From Thraustochytrium aureum (Eukaryota): a stretch of 32,258 bases of DNA. The position numbers and the translations under genes are program-made. This document shows, piece after piece, positions 22,733 through 32,258 of this stretch. The notes below the pieces were generated by a model that was not told the origin of the DNA, did no database searches, and saw only the letters and a list, made by a program, of their open reading frames with translations. Positions within the stretch are counted from its first letter, which is position 1; each line of letters starts with the position of its first letter. The stretch is taken from NCBI GenBank assembly GCA_012862495.1, contig BLSG01000062.1, forward strand, positions 106,184 through 138,441. The letters are read 5' to 3'.

Positions 22733-23719
22733 NNNNNNNNNNNNNNNNNNNNNNNNNNNNNNNNNNNNNNNNNNNNNNNNNNNNNNNNNNNNNNNNNNNN
22801 NNNNNNNNNNNNNNNNNNNNNNNNNNNNNNNNNNNNNNNNNNNNNNNNNNNNNNNNNNNNNNNNNNNNNNNNNNNNNNNNNNNNNNNNNNNNNNNNNNNN
22901 NNNNNNNNNNNNNNNNNNNNNNNNNNNNNNNNNNNNNNNNNNNNNNNNNNNNNNNNNNNNNNNNNNNNNNNNNNNNNNNNNNNNNNNNNNNNNNNNNNNN
23001 NNNNNNNNNNNNNNNNNNNNNNNNNNNNNNNNNNNNNNNNNNNNNNNNNNNNNNNNNNNNNNNNNNNNNNNNNNNNNNNNNNNNNNNNNNNNNNNNNNNN
23101 NNNNNNNNNNNNNNNNNNNNNNNNNNNNNNNNNNNNNNNNNNNNNNNNNNNNNNNNNNNNNNNNNNNNNNNNNNNNNNNNNNNNNNNNNNNNNNNNNNNN
23201 NNNNNNNNNNNNNNNNNNNNNNNNNNNNNNNNNNNNNNNNNNNNNNNNNNNNNNNNNNNNNNNNNNNNNNNNNNNNNNNNNNNNNNNNNNNNNNNNNNNN
23301 NNNNNNNNNNNNNNNNNNNNNNNNNNNNNNNNNNNNNNNNNNNNNNNNNNNNNNNNNNNNNNNNNNNNNNNNNNNNNNNNNNNNNNNNNNNNNNNNNNNN
23401 NNNNNNNNNNNNNNNNNNNNNNNNNNNNNNNNNNNNNNNNNNNNNNNNNNNNNNNNNNNNNNNNNNNNNNNNNNNNNNNNNNNNNNNNNNNNNNNNNNNN
23501 NNNNNNNNNNNNNNNNNNNNNNNNNNNNNNNNNNNNNNNNNNNNNNNNNNNNNNNNNNNNNNNNNNNNNNNNNNNNNNNNNNNNNNNNNNNNNNNNNNNN
23601 NNNNNNNNNNNNNNNNNNNNNNNNNNNNNNNNNNNNNNNNNNNNNNNNNNNNNNNNNNNNNNNNNNNNNNNNNNNNNNNNNNNNNNNNNNNNNNNNNNNN
23701 NNNNNNNNNNNNNNNNNNN

Positions 23720-25225
23720 GTGCCTTGCGCAAAGTCGACGACCGCGCCCCGCCGCCCAAGCTCCGCGCGGAGTACGTCAAGCGGGTTTTGGATCTCGCAG
23801 CTGGGCAAGAGCGTGTTCCACGGGCCGTTCTCAAAGTGGCACCCAAAATAGTTGCCCGCGAGTCGCATTGTATCGTTTGCAGCAGGGCCCACGATCGCGA
23901 CGCGCTTTACGAGCGACCCCACTTTGAGCGGAAGCGTTTTGTTCGCGTTGCGCAGGAGAACGAGCGAGGCGCGCGCGGCTTGCCGAGCCAACTCGAGGTG
24001 CCGCGGCGCGCGGATCGCCTCTGGGCCGATGTCCGCAAACGGGTCGCCCTCGCGCGCATTCAGCAGCCCAAGATCCACGCGGGCAGAGAGAACGCGGCGC
24101 AGCGCGACGTCGACGCGCTCCTCGCTCACCAGTCCTTGCCGGACAGCGCGAATCAATGGCTCGCGGAATATGAGCCCCGAGTTTAGATCCGTCCCGGCGA
24201 GCAAGGCAGCGGCAGCGGCTTGCTCGTCGGTCGGGAAGCGGTGAAACTTTGACTTAATGAAAGAGATTGCGCCGGAGTCGCTGACGACGTATCCGTCAAA
24301 CCCGAATTCGGCGCGAAGGGCGCTCTCGAGAAGAGGCGACATGCACATGGGCTCGCTGCTTGTCACGCCGCGAAAGGTCGTGTTGATGCCGTTGTACGAG
24401 CACATGATTGAGCGCGCCCCGGCGCGCACTACAGACCGGAAAGCTGGCCAGTAGTACTGCAGCAGCAGCGCTTGGCTAATTTCCTCGTAGATTTCAAGAC
24501 GCGGCGGTTCGTTGTCGATCGTGTAGGCCGCAAAGTGCTTGGGGGTCACCACCGTCTTGAGCACGCCGCGCCGCTTTTCCTGCAGAGCAGTCACCACGCG
24601 GCTCGCAAGCCGCCCAGTCTGCGCATGGACAAATGCACCGGTTAGGGGGCGGGTTTGGCGCTGCGCGCACGGCGCCTCGACGGCGTGCGCAACTTACAAG
24701 AAGCGGGTCTTCGCCGTACGTCTCCTGGCCGCGGCCCCACAGCGGATGCATAAACATGTTGATGTTGGGCCCCCACAGGTCAAGGCCATAGTCCATAGGC
24801 GAGTCCGTTAGTCCAGCGCTACCCTGCTTTGAGTTGTACTTGGCGCGCTGCTCGTGCGCCCAAACCGCCGCGCTCGCGCCGAGGAGCTCCTCGTCCCAAG
24901 TCGCACCAAGTCCGATCGCTTGGGGAAACATGGTCGAGACCCCGTTGGACACCAGACCGTGGACTACATTGTTGCGCCAGTGATAGGCAGGCACGCCGAG
25001 GCGGTCCACGCGGGGCGTGGCCGTCACCAGCTGGGCGCACTTTTCCTCGAGTGTGAGCTCGCGCACAAGCGCGTCGACGCGTTCGCTCGTCGGCAGGCTC
25101 CAGTCCAGCCACGGACGATCGGAGGGCGTGCGCTCAAGTTCCGGGTCCGCCAGCGCGACTGTCACGAGCACTGCGAGCACAGCTCGAGCGACCGACCCAG
25201 GCATCACGTTCAAGATCGGTATCAT
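23720..25225 (-). CDS. Secreted glycoside hydrolase family 3 (beta-xylosidase/beta-glucosidase type); exons 25225-24698 and 24618-<23720; C-terminus in the gap
   Basis: Hydrophobic signal-like N-terminus, ERVDALVRELTLEEK, TMFPQAIGLGATWD, WGPNINM, WGRGQETYGEDP, PKHFAAY, SIMCSYNGIN, nucleophile motif GFDGYVVSDSGA, SLVLLRN, VAIVGP. Confidence 0.95.
24619..24697 (-). other. GH3 intron (79 nt, phase 0)
   Basis: CTT|GTAAGT donor, CCTAAC branch point, GCAG acceptor. Splicing gives the conserved GEDPLL|TGRLA. Confidence 0.92.
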
Positions 25226-26490
25226 CTTGCGCGCTTGGTCAGCCAGTGGCGCCCAACGCGCGCGAGCAACGTGGCCGTCCCCAGCGGCTCCCTCTCAGCT
25301 CTCGGCTCTCGGCTCTCCGCTCTCCCTCGGTCTCACCGCGCTGTTGCGACTGCGCCACTGCCGCTCCGCGCAAGCGCCTCTGCCGTCCCTGCTGGTGGGA
25401 CGCGCTCAAAACGAACGTGCTCCACTAGTTCGACACAATCGAGTTAAAAGTGGAAAAATTTAACCGTAAGCACGACACTCCGCAAAAGCCCAACTCTATC
25501 CCTTTGTCACTTTATGCCGTTAAAACGCCGCTGAGCCGCGGCAAAAAGATCCTCAATCGCGTCCCGTCACAGTGTCCGTAAAACGACGCAAAAGCTCAAC
25601 CACCTCGTAACAGTAACCTCCCACGTCACGCAGCAACCGAGACCTTGCCGCACTCTTCGTCACAGTTGGGGGCCCCGGTGACGAAGCCGTTGCCTGGGCC
25701 GCGGACGCAGCTGGTGCAGTCCAGAGTCACTTCGCGCCGCCCGCGGGTCGCGCAGGACGCAGGACGGTGCTGCGCAGCAAGTGGTCAGTCATCAGACGGG
25801 AGGAAACAGTCGTGTGCGCCTGCGTGCGCACGCCCTCGCACGGAGATATACNNNNNNNNNNNNNNNNNNNNNNNNNNNNNNNNNNNNNNNNNNNNNNNNN
25901 NNNNNNNNNNNNNNNNNNNNNNNNNNNNNNNNNNNNNNNNNNNNNNNNNNNNNNNNNNNNNNNNNNNNNNNNNNNNNNNNNNNNNNNNNNNNNNNNNNNN
26001 NNNNNNNNNNNNNNNNNNNNNNNNNNNNNNNNNNNNNNNNNNNNNNNNNNNNNNNNNNNNNNNNNNNNNNNNNNNNNNNNNNNNNNNNNNNNNNNNNNNN
26101 NNNNNNNNNNNNNNNNNNNNNNNNNNNNNNNNNNNNNNNNNNNNNNNNNNNNNNNNNNNNNNNNNNNNNNNNNNNNNNNNNNNNNNNNNNNNNNNNNNNN
26201 NNNNNNNNNNNNNNNNNNNNNNNNNNNNNNNNNNNNNNNNNNNNNNNNNNNNNNNNNNNNNNNNNNNNNNNNNNNNNNNNNNNNNNNNNNNNNNNNNNNN
26301 NNNNNNNNNNNNNNNNNNNNNNNNNNNNNNNNNNNNNNNNNNNNNNNNNNNNNNNNNNNNNNNNNNNNNNNNNNNNNNNNNNNNNNNNNNNNNNNNNNNN
26401 NNNNNNNNNNNNNNNNNNNNNNNNNNNNNNNNNNNNNNNNNNNNNNNNNNNNNNNNNNNNNNNNNNNNNNNNNNNNNNNNNNNNNNNNNN

Positions 26491-27569
26491 GATCGCCGCC
26501 TCGAAGCTCCCCGGAGGCACAGAGCGCGACGCCGCCAACTCTCCGCACGCCTATGAAGGGCCACGCGGCAGGGCACAACGGGCCAGAGCCCATACCACTC
26601 AACGCTGACGAAGCGGCCCTTGTGGACGAAACCATCAGCGACTTGCTTCGCGCGACAGCCGCGAAGCGCGTCGCCGACGTGGAGCACAACTTGAACATCG
26701 ATACTGTCCTGTTCATCAGCACGCGCGTCGAGGCGTTTTTCCTGTTCGAGCCGGCACTGCTCCACCTCAAGGCACCGATCAACATTGTGGGCGATGTGCA
26801 CGGCCAGTTTCTCGACCTCTTGCGCTTCCTCGAAGCAGGAGGCTACCCACCAGAGTCGCAGTACCTCTTTCTGGGCGACTACGTGGACCGCGGCCGCATG
26901 GGCATGGAGGTCTCTATCCTCCTCTTCGCGTTTAAACTGCGCTACCCCGATCGCGTCTTCCTCCTCCGGGGCAACCACGAATGCAGCCAGATCTCGCGCA
27001 CCTACGGCTTTCACGACGAGTGCAAGTCGAAATACGACATTGCGTGTTGGAAGGCGGTCAACCAGGTCTTCCGCTGCCTGCCTCTGGCTGCAATCGTGAG
27101 CGACCGCATATTTGCAACGCATGGTGGGCTCAGCCCCGACCTGCGCAGCCTTGACGACATCAACCGCATCCGCCGCCCCTGCGACGTGCCGGTTGAGGGG
27201 CTGCTTTGCGATCTCCTTTGGTCGGACCCCTCGCCAGACGTCGAGACCTGGAGCGTGTCCGACCGCGGGGTCTCGTACCTCTTTGGCGACCGCGCTCTTG
27301 AGGTGTTCATGGACACGTACCAATTCGACCTCTTCGTTCGTGCGCACCAGGTCGTCGAAGAGGGGTTTGAGTTCTTCAACGACTCGCGCAAGCTCGTGAC
27401 CGTGTTCTCTGCAGCCAACTATTGCGCCACCTTTGACAATGCCGGCGCGATGCTCATCGTCGACGAAAACCTGGTGTGCTCTTTTCATGTAATCAAGCCG
27501 CTCGTGGCCAGTGCAGTGCGGGAGGGTCAAGACTTTGTCGGCCGGCCGCAGACCCCGCGCCCGGACTGA
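26491..27569 (+). CDS. PP1-like serine/threonine protein phosphatase catalytic subunit (start at ATG 26553 or within the gap)
   Basis: GDVHGQ, GDYVDRG, RGNHE, HGGLSPDL, GLLCDLLWSDP, RAHQVVEEGFEFF, TVFSAANYC..FDNAGAM; C-terminal RPQTP resembles the PP1 CDK site. Confidence 0.96.
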
Positions 27570-27751
27570 GACTCGTACAAAACTCTGTTTGCGCGACTCT
27601 TTTCTTTGTTTGGTTTTTGATTGTTTGGTTTTCGATTGAACAAAAAAGAAAAGATCGAAGAAGGGAAATCGGTTGGCGTGTTGTGGCACTGGCGCCTCTG
27701 GCGAGCAGGCGCAGTTGAGGGGAGCGCTCGCTGGTTGCTCGAAACGGCCCG

Positions 27752-30700
27752 CTAGCTAAACAGGAAGCGCAGGTCCTCCTCCGTCAGCTTGGACATGGCA
27801 ACTTGCGAGCCGTCCACGGCCCCCTCGAAGACCAGCATTTTCTTGTCCTGGAGGTCCATCATCTTCTCCTCAATCGAGTCGTTGGTAACGAAGCGAATCG
27901 CTTTCACAGCGCGACGCTGCCCGATGCGATGCGCACGCTGAATGGCCTGCATCTCCACAGCAGGGTTCCACCACGGGTCGAGGAGCATCACCACGTTCGC
28001 TTCCTGGATGTTGAGGCCCTCGCCACCGGCCTTGAGCGACATGAGGATCACGCTCACGTCGCGCCGGGTCTTGAAGGCGTCAAGGACGGCTCTACGCTCT
28101 TGCATGGCCAGCGAGCCGACGAGCTTTACCGCACCGATGTCCTTGACCTTGAGGCGCCACTCGACAATGTCGAGCATGTCCTTGTACTGGGAGAACACGA
28201 TGGCCTTGTTCGGGAGGCCGGCTTCCTCGGGGGCCGCCAGCATCTTTTCTACCTCGCGCACCACGGCGTCCACTTTCGAGCTAGAGCTGAAACCGCGCAA
28301 GTCGATCTTTTGCAGAATGCTCTTGCGGCCCACCAGTGCCGCGGAAGTGCGGGTCCCAGCCTTGACGCTCTGCATCGCCTTGGCAACGGCGAGGTCGTCC
28401 GCGGTCGACGGCACGGCCGCGGAGGACGAGGCAGCGGGAGAAGAAGACGTCGAGGAGGAGGCGGAGGAGGAGGAGGACGGGGTCAGGGCCGTCGCGCTGC
28501 TCGCCACCGGCGACGGGGCCGCGTTCGGGTCGACCCGGATCATCTTGGTAACCTCGGCGCGGCACATCGGGCACGATCGCTTATCGAGATTCTTCCCGCA
28601 GTCCATGCAGATGAACAGGTGGCCGCAAGGGACCAGCAAGCAGTCGCGCTGCTTGTCCATGCACACGACGCAAAGGTCGTCGTCTTTCGAGCCGCCAGCC
28701 TCGTTGCCCTGCGTGCCGCCCTTGATGTCGAGCATGACACTCAGTGGGAGGAAGCAGGTTGGGCAGCTCGGTGCCTCCACTTCGCCACCACCCGAGGTCG
28801 GCCCCTTCGCAGACTTTTGGCCCTTAGGGGCACCTCCGCGCTGCCGCTTGGCGCCCTTTGTCGGAGGTTTGCCTTTCTTCTTCCCAGCAAGGCCAGCCAG
28901 ATCGTCTTCTTCGTCGTTGTCGTCGTCGTCCCCTTCGGCGCCGCGAAAGTTGGAGAACAGCTCGTCTAGGCAGGCCTTGTGGAAAGTGTGCTTGCATTGC
29001 CCGACAGCGCAATCGTCCAGGGTCTCGATGCCGAAGCCGCACACAGCGCAGACGTCGGCGCGGTAGATGTCGTCGTTGTCGGTGACGCCGTCCGCTGAAG
29101 CGGCATGGACGACCAGGTACGGGTGGTCGCAGGAGCGGCGCAGGCGCGACAGGAGCTCGAAGATGTGGGCGTAGTTGTGCAGGAGCGTGTTGGCCTTGAC
29201 GTACGTGTCGAAGCGCGCGCGCGTGTTCTTGTAGATGCTGCTGTAAAAGTCATGCTCGGCCTCGGTAAAGTCCAACTTTCGGACCTCGATCGTGCAGGGC
29301 GGCAGCTGGATGTCCTGCTGCCGCTCCGCCTTGGTACGCCGCAGCATGAGTTTGCCAAGGAGCTCGTCGCGCAGCACCTTCATCGCCAGCTTGCCCTCGC
29401 CCACGTACCCGTACCGCTTGATGGGGTTGATCACCTTCTTGTTGAACAGCGAGTAGTGCCTCATCGGCGGGTGCCCGCAGTCTTCGCAGACGCGGCCTTC
29501 CCCGCCAAACGACCAGTGCAGCGACTTGCACGCGCAGTCCTTAACGTTGCAAAAGTAAAATGCGTACGGGTCGATTCGCAAGAAGCGGATCAGCGAGTAC
29601 AGCTCCCCAATCCGGTTTTGGAAAGGCGTCCCGCTAATCCCGAGCCGCCGGCAGGGCCCCCCGTCTGGGTTCAGCTCGCTTGCCGCAGCCTCGCCTTGCG
29701 CCTTGCCCTTGCCCTTGGCAGGCGCCTTGTCCGGCATTCCGCGCAGCCCAAGAGCGGCTTTTGCGGTGCTGTTCACGCGATCCTTGATCTTGTGCGCTTC
29801 GTCCAGGACGATGCGGTGCCACCCAATGCAGTGCAGCAGCGACGGCCCTAGGTCGATGCCCTCAGAGTCAACAACGCGGTCACGCGGCGCATACCAGAAC
29901 AGGTTTCCTTCCCACCTGTCGCTGTCGACCTCGATCGGCTCTTCGTCCTCCTCGTCCTCCTCCGAACTCGACGTGAACGCGTCGCTCTCCTCCGACTCGC
30001 TGAGGCTTTTGCTCGCGGCGCCCTTCTTGCCAGATTTCTTGGCGGCCTTGCCGGCGGCCGCGCCTTTGGTCGGAGGCGAGCCTTTCTTCGCTGCGACTCT
30101 CTTACCCACGCTGGACGAGCGACGCTGCTGGCGGCGCGTTTTCTTCGCCTTTGAAGAGCGGGCTTTGCGCGTCTTGGCGCTCTGGCCGGACACTGTCAGG
30201 AACTGAGCAAGGAGCTTTGCGTCGGGGGAAGCCGGCCCCCAGTCGACGGGAAAGAACTTGGGGACGAGCGACTTCTCCTTTGCCTTGGCACGAGCGGCCG
30301 CCTCCGCCTCGAGGGCAGCCAAGTGCGCTGGGTCATCCTCAGCGGCGTCACCACCATCATCATCATCTTCGTCTTCCTCCTCCTCGTCCTCCTCCTCGGC
30401 CAGCTCAAACTCCGAGTCGTCTTCATCCTCCTCATCGGCGTCGAGCGCCGCACGCTTTGCTTTCGGGGATTTGCCAGCCTTTTTCGAGGCCGCCGGCGCC
30501 CGGACACGCGCCGAGCGCTTCGACGGCTTTACCGTCGCTGCCGCACCTGGAAGCGAAGCTATGAGGTCTACGGAAGCGGGCAGCGCGCCGGCGCTCTTCG
30601 CGAGTGCTCGCGCAGCATCAATTTCCTTCTTGTCGAGGTCTTCGACATCGCCATCAACATGCTCGATTCGCCACAGAGCGGACGCGCTGGCGTTCTTGGG

Positions 30701-32258
30701 CGCGTGCGCGATGACGACGCCAAAAACGTGGGCCCCGTCGAAAACGCGCGCAACCACATCGCCGACAAACTTGCCGTCCGGTCCCCACCCGTCCGCGCGC
30801 TCACCCATTGAGAGGGACGCAGACCGTCCAACCCAGCGTGATCCAGCCTGCGCGGCTTTTCCCCAGGGCGACCAGGACTGGCCCTCGTCGGTGCTGACGC
30901 GGGCGCTGCCGTCGTCAGCGATAGCGATCATCATCGTCTTGTCCTGGTCGACCACAAGAACGAGGCCTTCCTCCTTGGACTTGCACCGAGAGGCAACCGT
31001 CAAGGAGATGCTGCCATCCGGGGCGCTCGGGATTGTCAGGTTACTGGCCCACTTGCGCCCCGCTGGCGTCTTGCGCATCAGGATGGGCCCGCCGATTGCC
31101 GAGGAGCCCCAGAGCGAGCGTGCAATCGCGGAGGTATGCTCGGAGCCTCCCTCGGTTTTTACCTTGGGCGGTACAGCGCGGACTTTGGGCGGAGGCTGCT
31201 CTTGCAGGTCCTCAAAGTCCGAGTCGGAGTCCTCTGCGTACGAGACTGCTCGTTTTCCTGCAGAGGAGCGGCGCGGGCGCTTCGCCTGCACTTGGAAGTC
31301 TGAGTCGCCGGAGTCGTCGAGATCGGCGACCTTGCCGCGCGCGCCAGAGGCTGCCGCATCGGATTTCGGCGGGGCCGTCTCGACTTTGACGCGCGCTTTC
31401 TTCGCGGCAGGCGAGGCGCTCTCAGCCTCCGCGAGCTGCGCGGCCTCGGACTGGATGCGGCGGGCTTCTTTGCTCGACGTGTACATGGAGACAGGCTCGC
31501 GGTTGGCCTCTTTCATGAGGTCGCGGTAGATGTTGGACGGCGTGGGAAGCGTGTGCCTGGTCTTGGCGGCGCGGCCCTTGGCCTTTGCGTTAGGCTTGCT
31601 TATTTCGTCATCCACGTCGCCCTTGCCGATGTTGAGCGTCTTCATGGCCTTGCCCATCGTCTCCTGCGCCTTCACCTTTTTGTCCCGCAGCGCGAGCTTG
31701 GCCGTGCGCTTGGCGTTTGGCCCGCAAAAGTACTGGTTGTGCGGGATGAGCTTGCGCGGGAGAAACTTGCGGTTGCAAAAAGGGCACACCACTTTGCAGC
31801 GGTCGACGCACTTGCGATACTCGTACTCGAGGATAGGGTACGAGGTGAGTACGACGTCGTGCTTGAGCAGGTCAGCAGGCGTCAGCATGCCGCGCTTGTT
31901 CCCGTGGTAGACGAGCACCTTGAGGGTGTCTGGCTGCGTATTGTTGACTGCTTCGTCTTGCCACTGGAGCATGGCGCTCAGGGAGCAATCACAAGCGTCG
32001 GCCCGTGCGAGACGCCGCCTTGCGCAGCCTTGGAAGCGACGAGAAGGGAGATGGTCTGGATGGTCTTGCCCATTCCCATCTCGTCGCACAGGAGGCCGGA
32101 GCGAAACGTGGTCTTCTCCTGCTCCATGAGCCACCAGAGCCCCTCTTCCTGGAACGGAAGGAGCTTTGTGGTCAGCTGCGAGGGCGTCGGCAGGCTGCGC
32201 AGCTTGACGCCGTCTCGAATGGCTGCTTCGAACTCTGGCGCTTCGGGGTTGAGGGACT
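27752..32258 (-). CDS. RAD16: Rad16-like (Rad5/16 group) SNF2 ATPase with RING fingers; 5' end beyond the window; frameshift at about 31982
   Basis: Upstream frame reads KLLPFQEEGLWWL..GLLCDEMGMGKTIQTI..PTLVIAP (Q motif, motifs I and Ia). Then LSAMLQW, WHRIVLDEAH, SGTPFQN, Rad16-type YFC..C.CKSLHW..CEDCGH..MRH, LHNYAHIFELLSRLR, KAIVFSQY, SLKAGGEGLN, DPWWNPAVEMQAIQRAHRIGQ. Confidence 0.92.
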   Translation of the reverse strand, partial: VPQPRSARVRSSHSRRRQAAQPADALAADHKAPSVPGRGALVAHGAGEDHVSLRPPVRRDGNGQDHPDHLPSRRFQGCARRRLARADACDCSLSAMLQWQDEAVNNTQPDTLKVLVYHGNKRGMLTPADLLKHDVVLTSYPILEYEYRKCVDRCKVVCPFCNRKFLPRKLIPHNQYFCGPNAKRTAKLALRDKKVKAQETMGKAMKTLNIGKGDVDDEISKPNAKAKGRAAKTRHTLPTPSNIYRDLMKEANREPVSMYTSSKEARRIQSEAAQLAEAESASPAAKKARVKVETAPPKSDAAASGARGKVADLDDSGDSDFQVQAKRPRRSSAGKRAVSYAEDSDSDFEDLQEQPPPKVRAVPPKVKTEGGSEHTSAIARSLWGSSAIGGPILMRKTPAGRKWASNLTIPSAPDGSISLTVASRCKSKEEGLVLVVDQDKTMMIAIADDGSARVSTDEGQSWSPWGKAAQAGSRWVGRSASLSMGERADGWGPDGKFVGDVVARVFDGAHVFGVVIAHAPKNASASALWRIEHVDGDVEDLDKKEIDAARALAKSAGALPASVDLIASLPGAAATVKPSKRSARVRAPAASKKAGKSPKAKRAALDADEEDEDDSEFELAEEEDEEEEDEDDDDGGDAAEDDPAHLAALEAEAAARAKAKEKSLVPKFFPVDWGPASPDAKLLAQFLTVSGQSAKTRKARSSKAKKTRRQQRRSSSVGKRVAAKKGSPPTKGAAAGKAAKKSGKKGAASKSLSESEESDAFTSSSEEDEEDEEPIEVDSDRWEGNLFWYAPRDRVVDSEGIDLGPSLLHCIGWHRIVLDEAHKIKDRVNSTAKAALGLRGMPDKAPAKGKGKAQGEAAASELNPDGGPCRRLGISGTPFQNRIGELYSLIRFLRIDPYAFYFCNVKDCACKSLHWSFGGEGRVCEDCGHPPMRHYSLFNKKVINPIKRYGYVGEGKLAMKVLRDELLGKLMLRRTKAERQQDIQLPPCTIEVRKLDFTEAEHDFYSSIYKNTRARFDTYVKANTLLHNYAHIFELLSRLRRSCDHPYLVVHAASADGVTDNDDIYRADVCAVCGFGIETLDDCAVGQCKHTFHKACLDELFSNFRGAEGDDDDNDEEDDLAGLAGKKKGKPPTKGAKRQRGGAPKGQKSAKGPTSGGGEVEAPSCPTCFLPLSVMLDIKGGTQGNEAGGSKDDDLCVVCMDKQRDCLLVPCGHLFICMDCGKNLDKRSCPMCRAEVTKMIRVDPNAAPSPVASSATALTPSSSSSASSSTSSSPAASSSAAVPSTADDLAVAKAMQSVKAGTRTSAALVGRKSILQKIDLRGFSSSSKVDAVVREVEKMLAAPEEAGLPNKAIVFSQYKDMLDIVEWRLKVKDIGAVKLVGSLAMQERRAVLDAFKTRRDVSVILMSLKAGGEGLNIQEANVVMLLDPWWNPAVEMQAIQRAHRIGQRRAVKAIRFVTNDSIEEKMMDLQDKKMLVFEGAVDGSQVAMSKLTEEDLRFLFS

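Noticed and set aside
21547..24597. 1016-aa ORF and other ORFs running through N-gaps
   Set aside because: Artefacts of translating N as X, which joins unrelated frames. Gap lengths also look unreliable: the frame is not preserved across the TARBP1 gaps, and there is too little room for the GPD2 and FolD N-termini.
25293..25335. (GCTCTCG)-like 7-mer repeats upstream of the GH3 start
   Set aside because: Short degenerate low-complexity tract with no second example or structural feature.
27803..31529. Long plus-strand ORFs (27803-28969, 27942-29066, 30258-31529) antisense to RAD16
   Set aside because: Shadow ORFs expected from GC3-rich codon usage; no recognisable motifs.

Overview
GC-rich, gene-dense eukaryotic nuclear DNA with short GT-AG introns (GTGAGT/GTAAGT donors, CTRAC-like branch points). 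The organisation looks like a compact protist genome, possibly a stramenopile such as a thraustochytrid; this is an unverified inference. Eleven N-gaps (about 5.1 kb: 1968-2576, 3898-4290, 6679-7218, 9981-10208, 12543-12802, 14593-14969, 16657-17107, 18206-18624, 21272-21500, 22733-23719, 25852-26490) interrupt most genes. About 14 protein-coding loci are visible: mitochondrial FAD glycerol-3-phosphate dehydrogenase with EF-hands, Trm3/TARBP1-like SPOUT methyltransferase, BUD31-like protein, Nup85, GAPDH, a FolD-like C-terminal domain, AIP1/WDR1, a secreted GH3 glycosidase, a PP1-like phosphatase, a Rad16-like SNF2 ATPase and four hypothetical proteins. Four conserved genes each carry a single-base frameshift, most likely consensus errors. 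I see no CRISPR array, RNA gene or transposon, and no clear-cut new multi-gene system. The best leads are: a recurrent (T/G)AGAGCTAG motif at gene 3' ends (candidate non-canonical poly(A)/termination signal); a recurrent TGTGACG promoter motif; a Rad16-like ATPase with a ~680-aa Tudor-containing insertion and two RING fingers; and family members with degenerate catalytic or metal-binding motifs (BUD31, Trm3, FolD).
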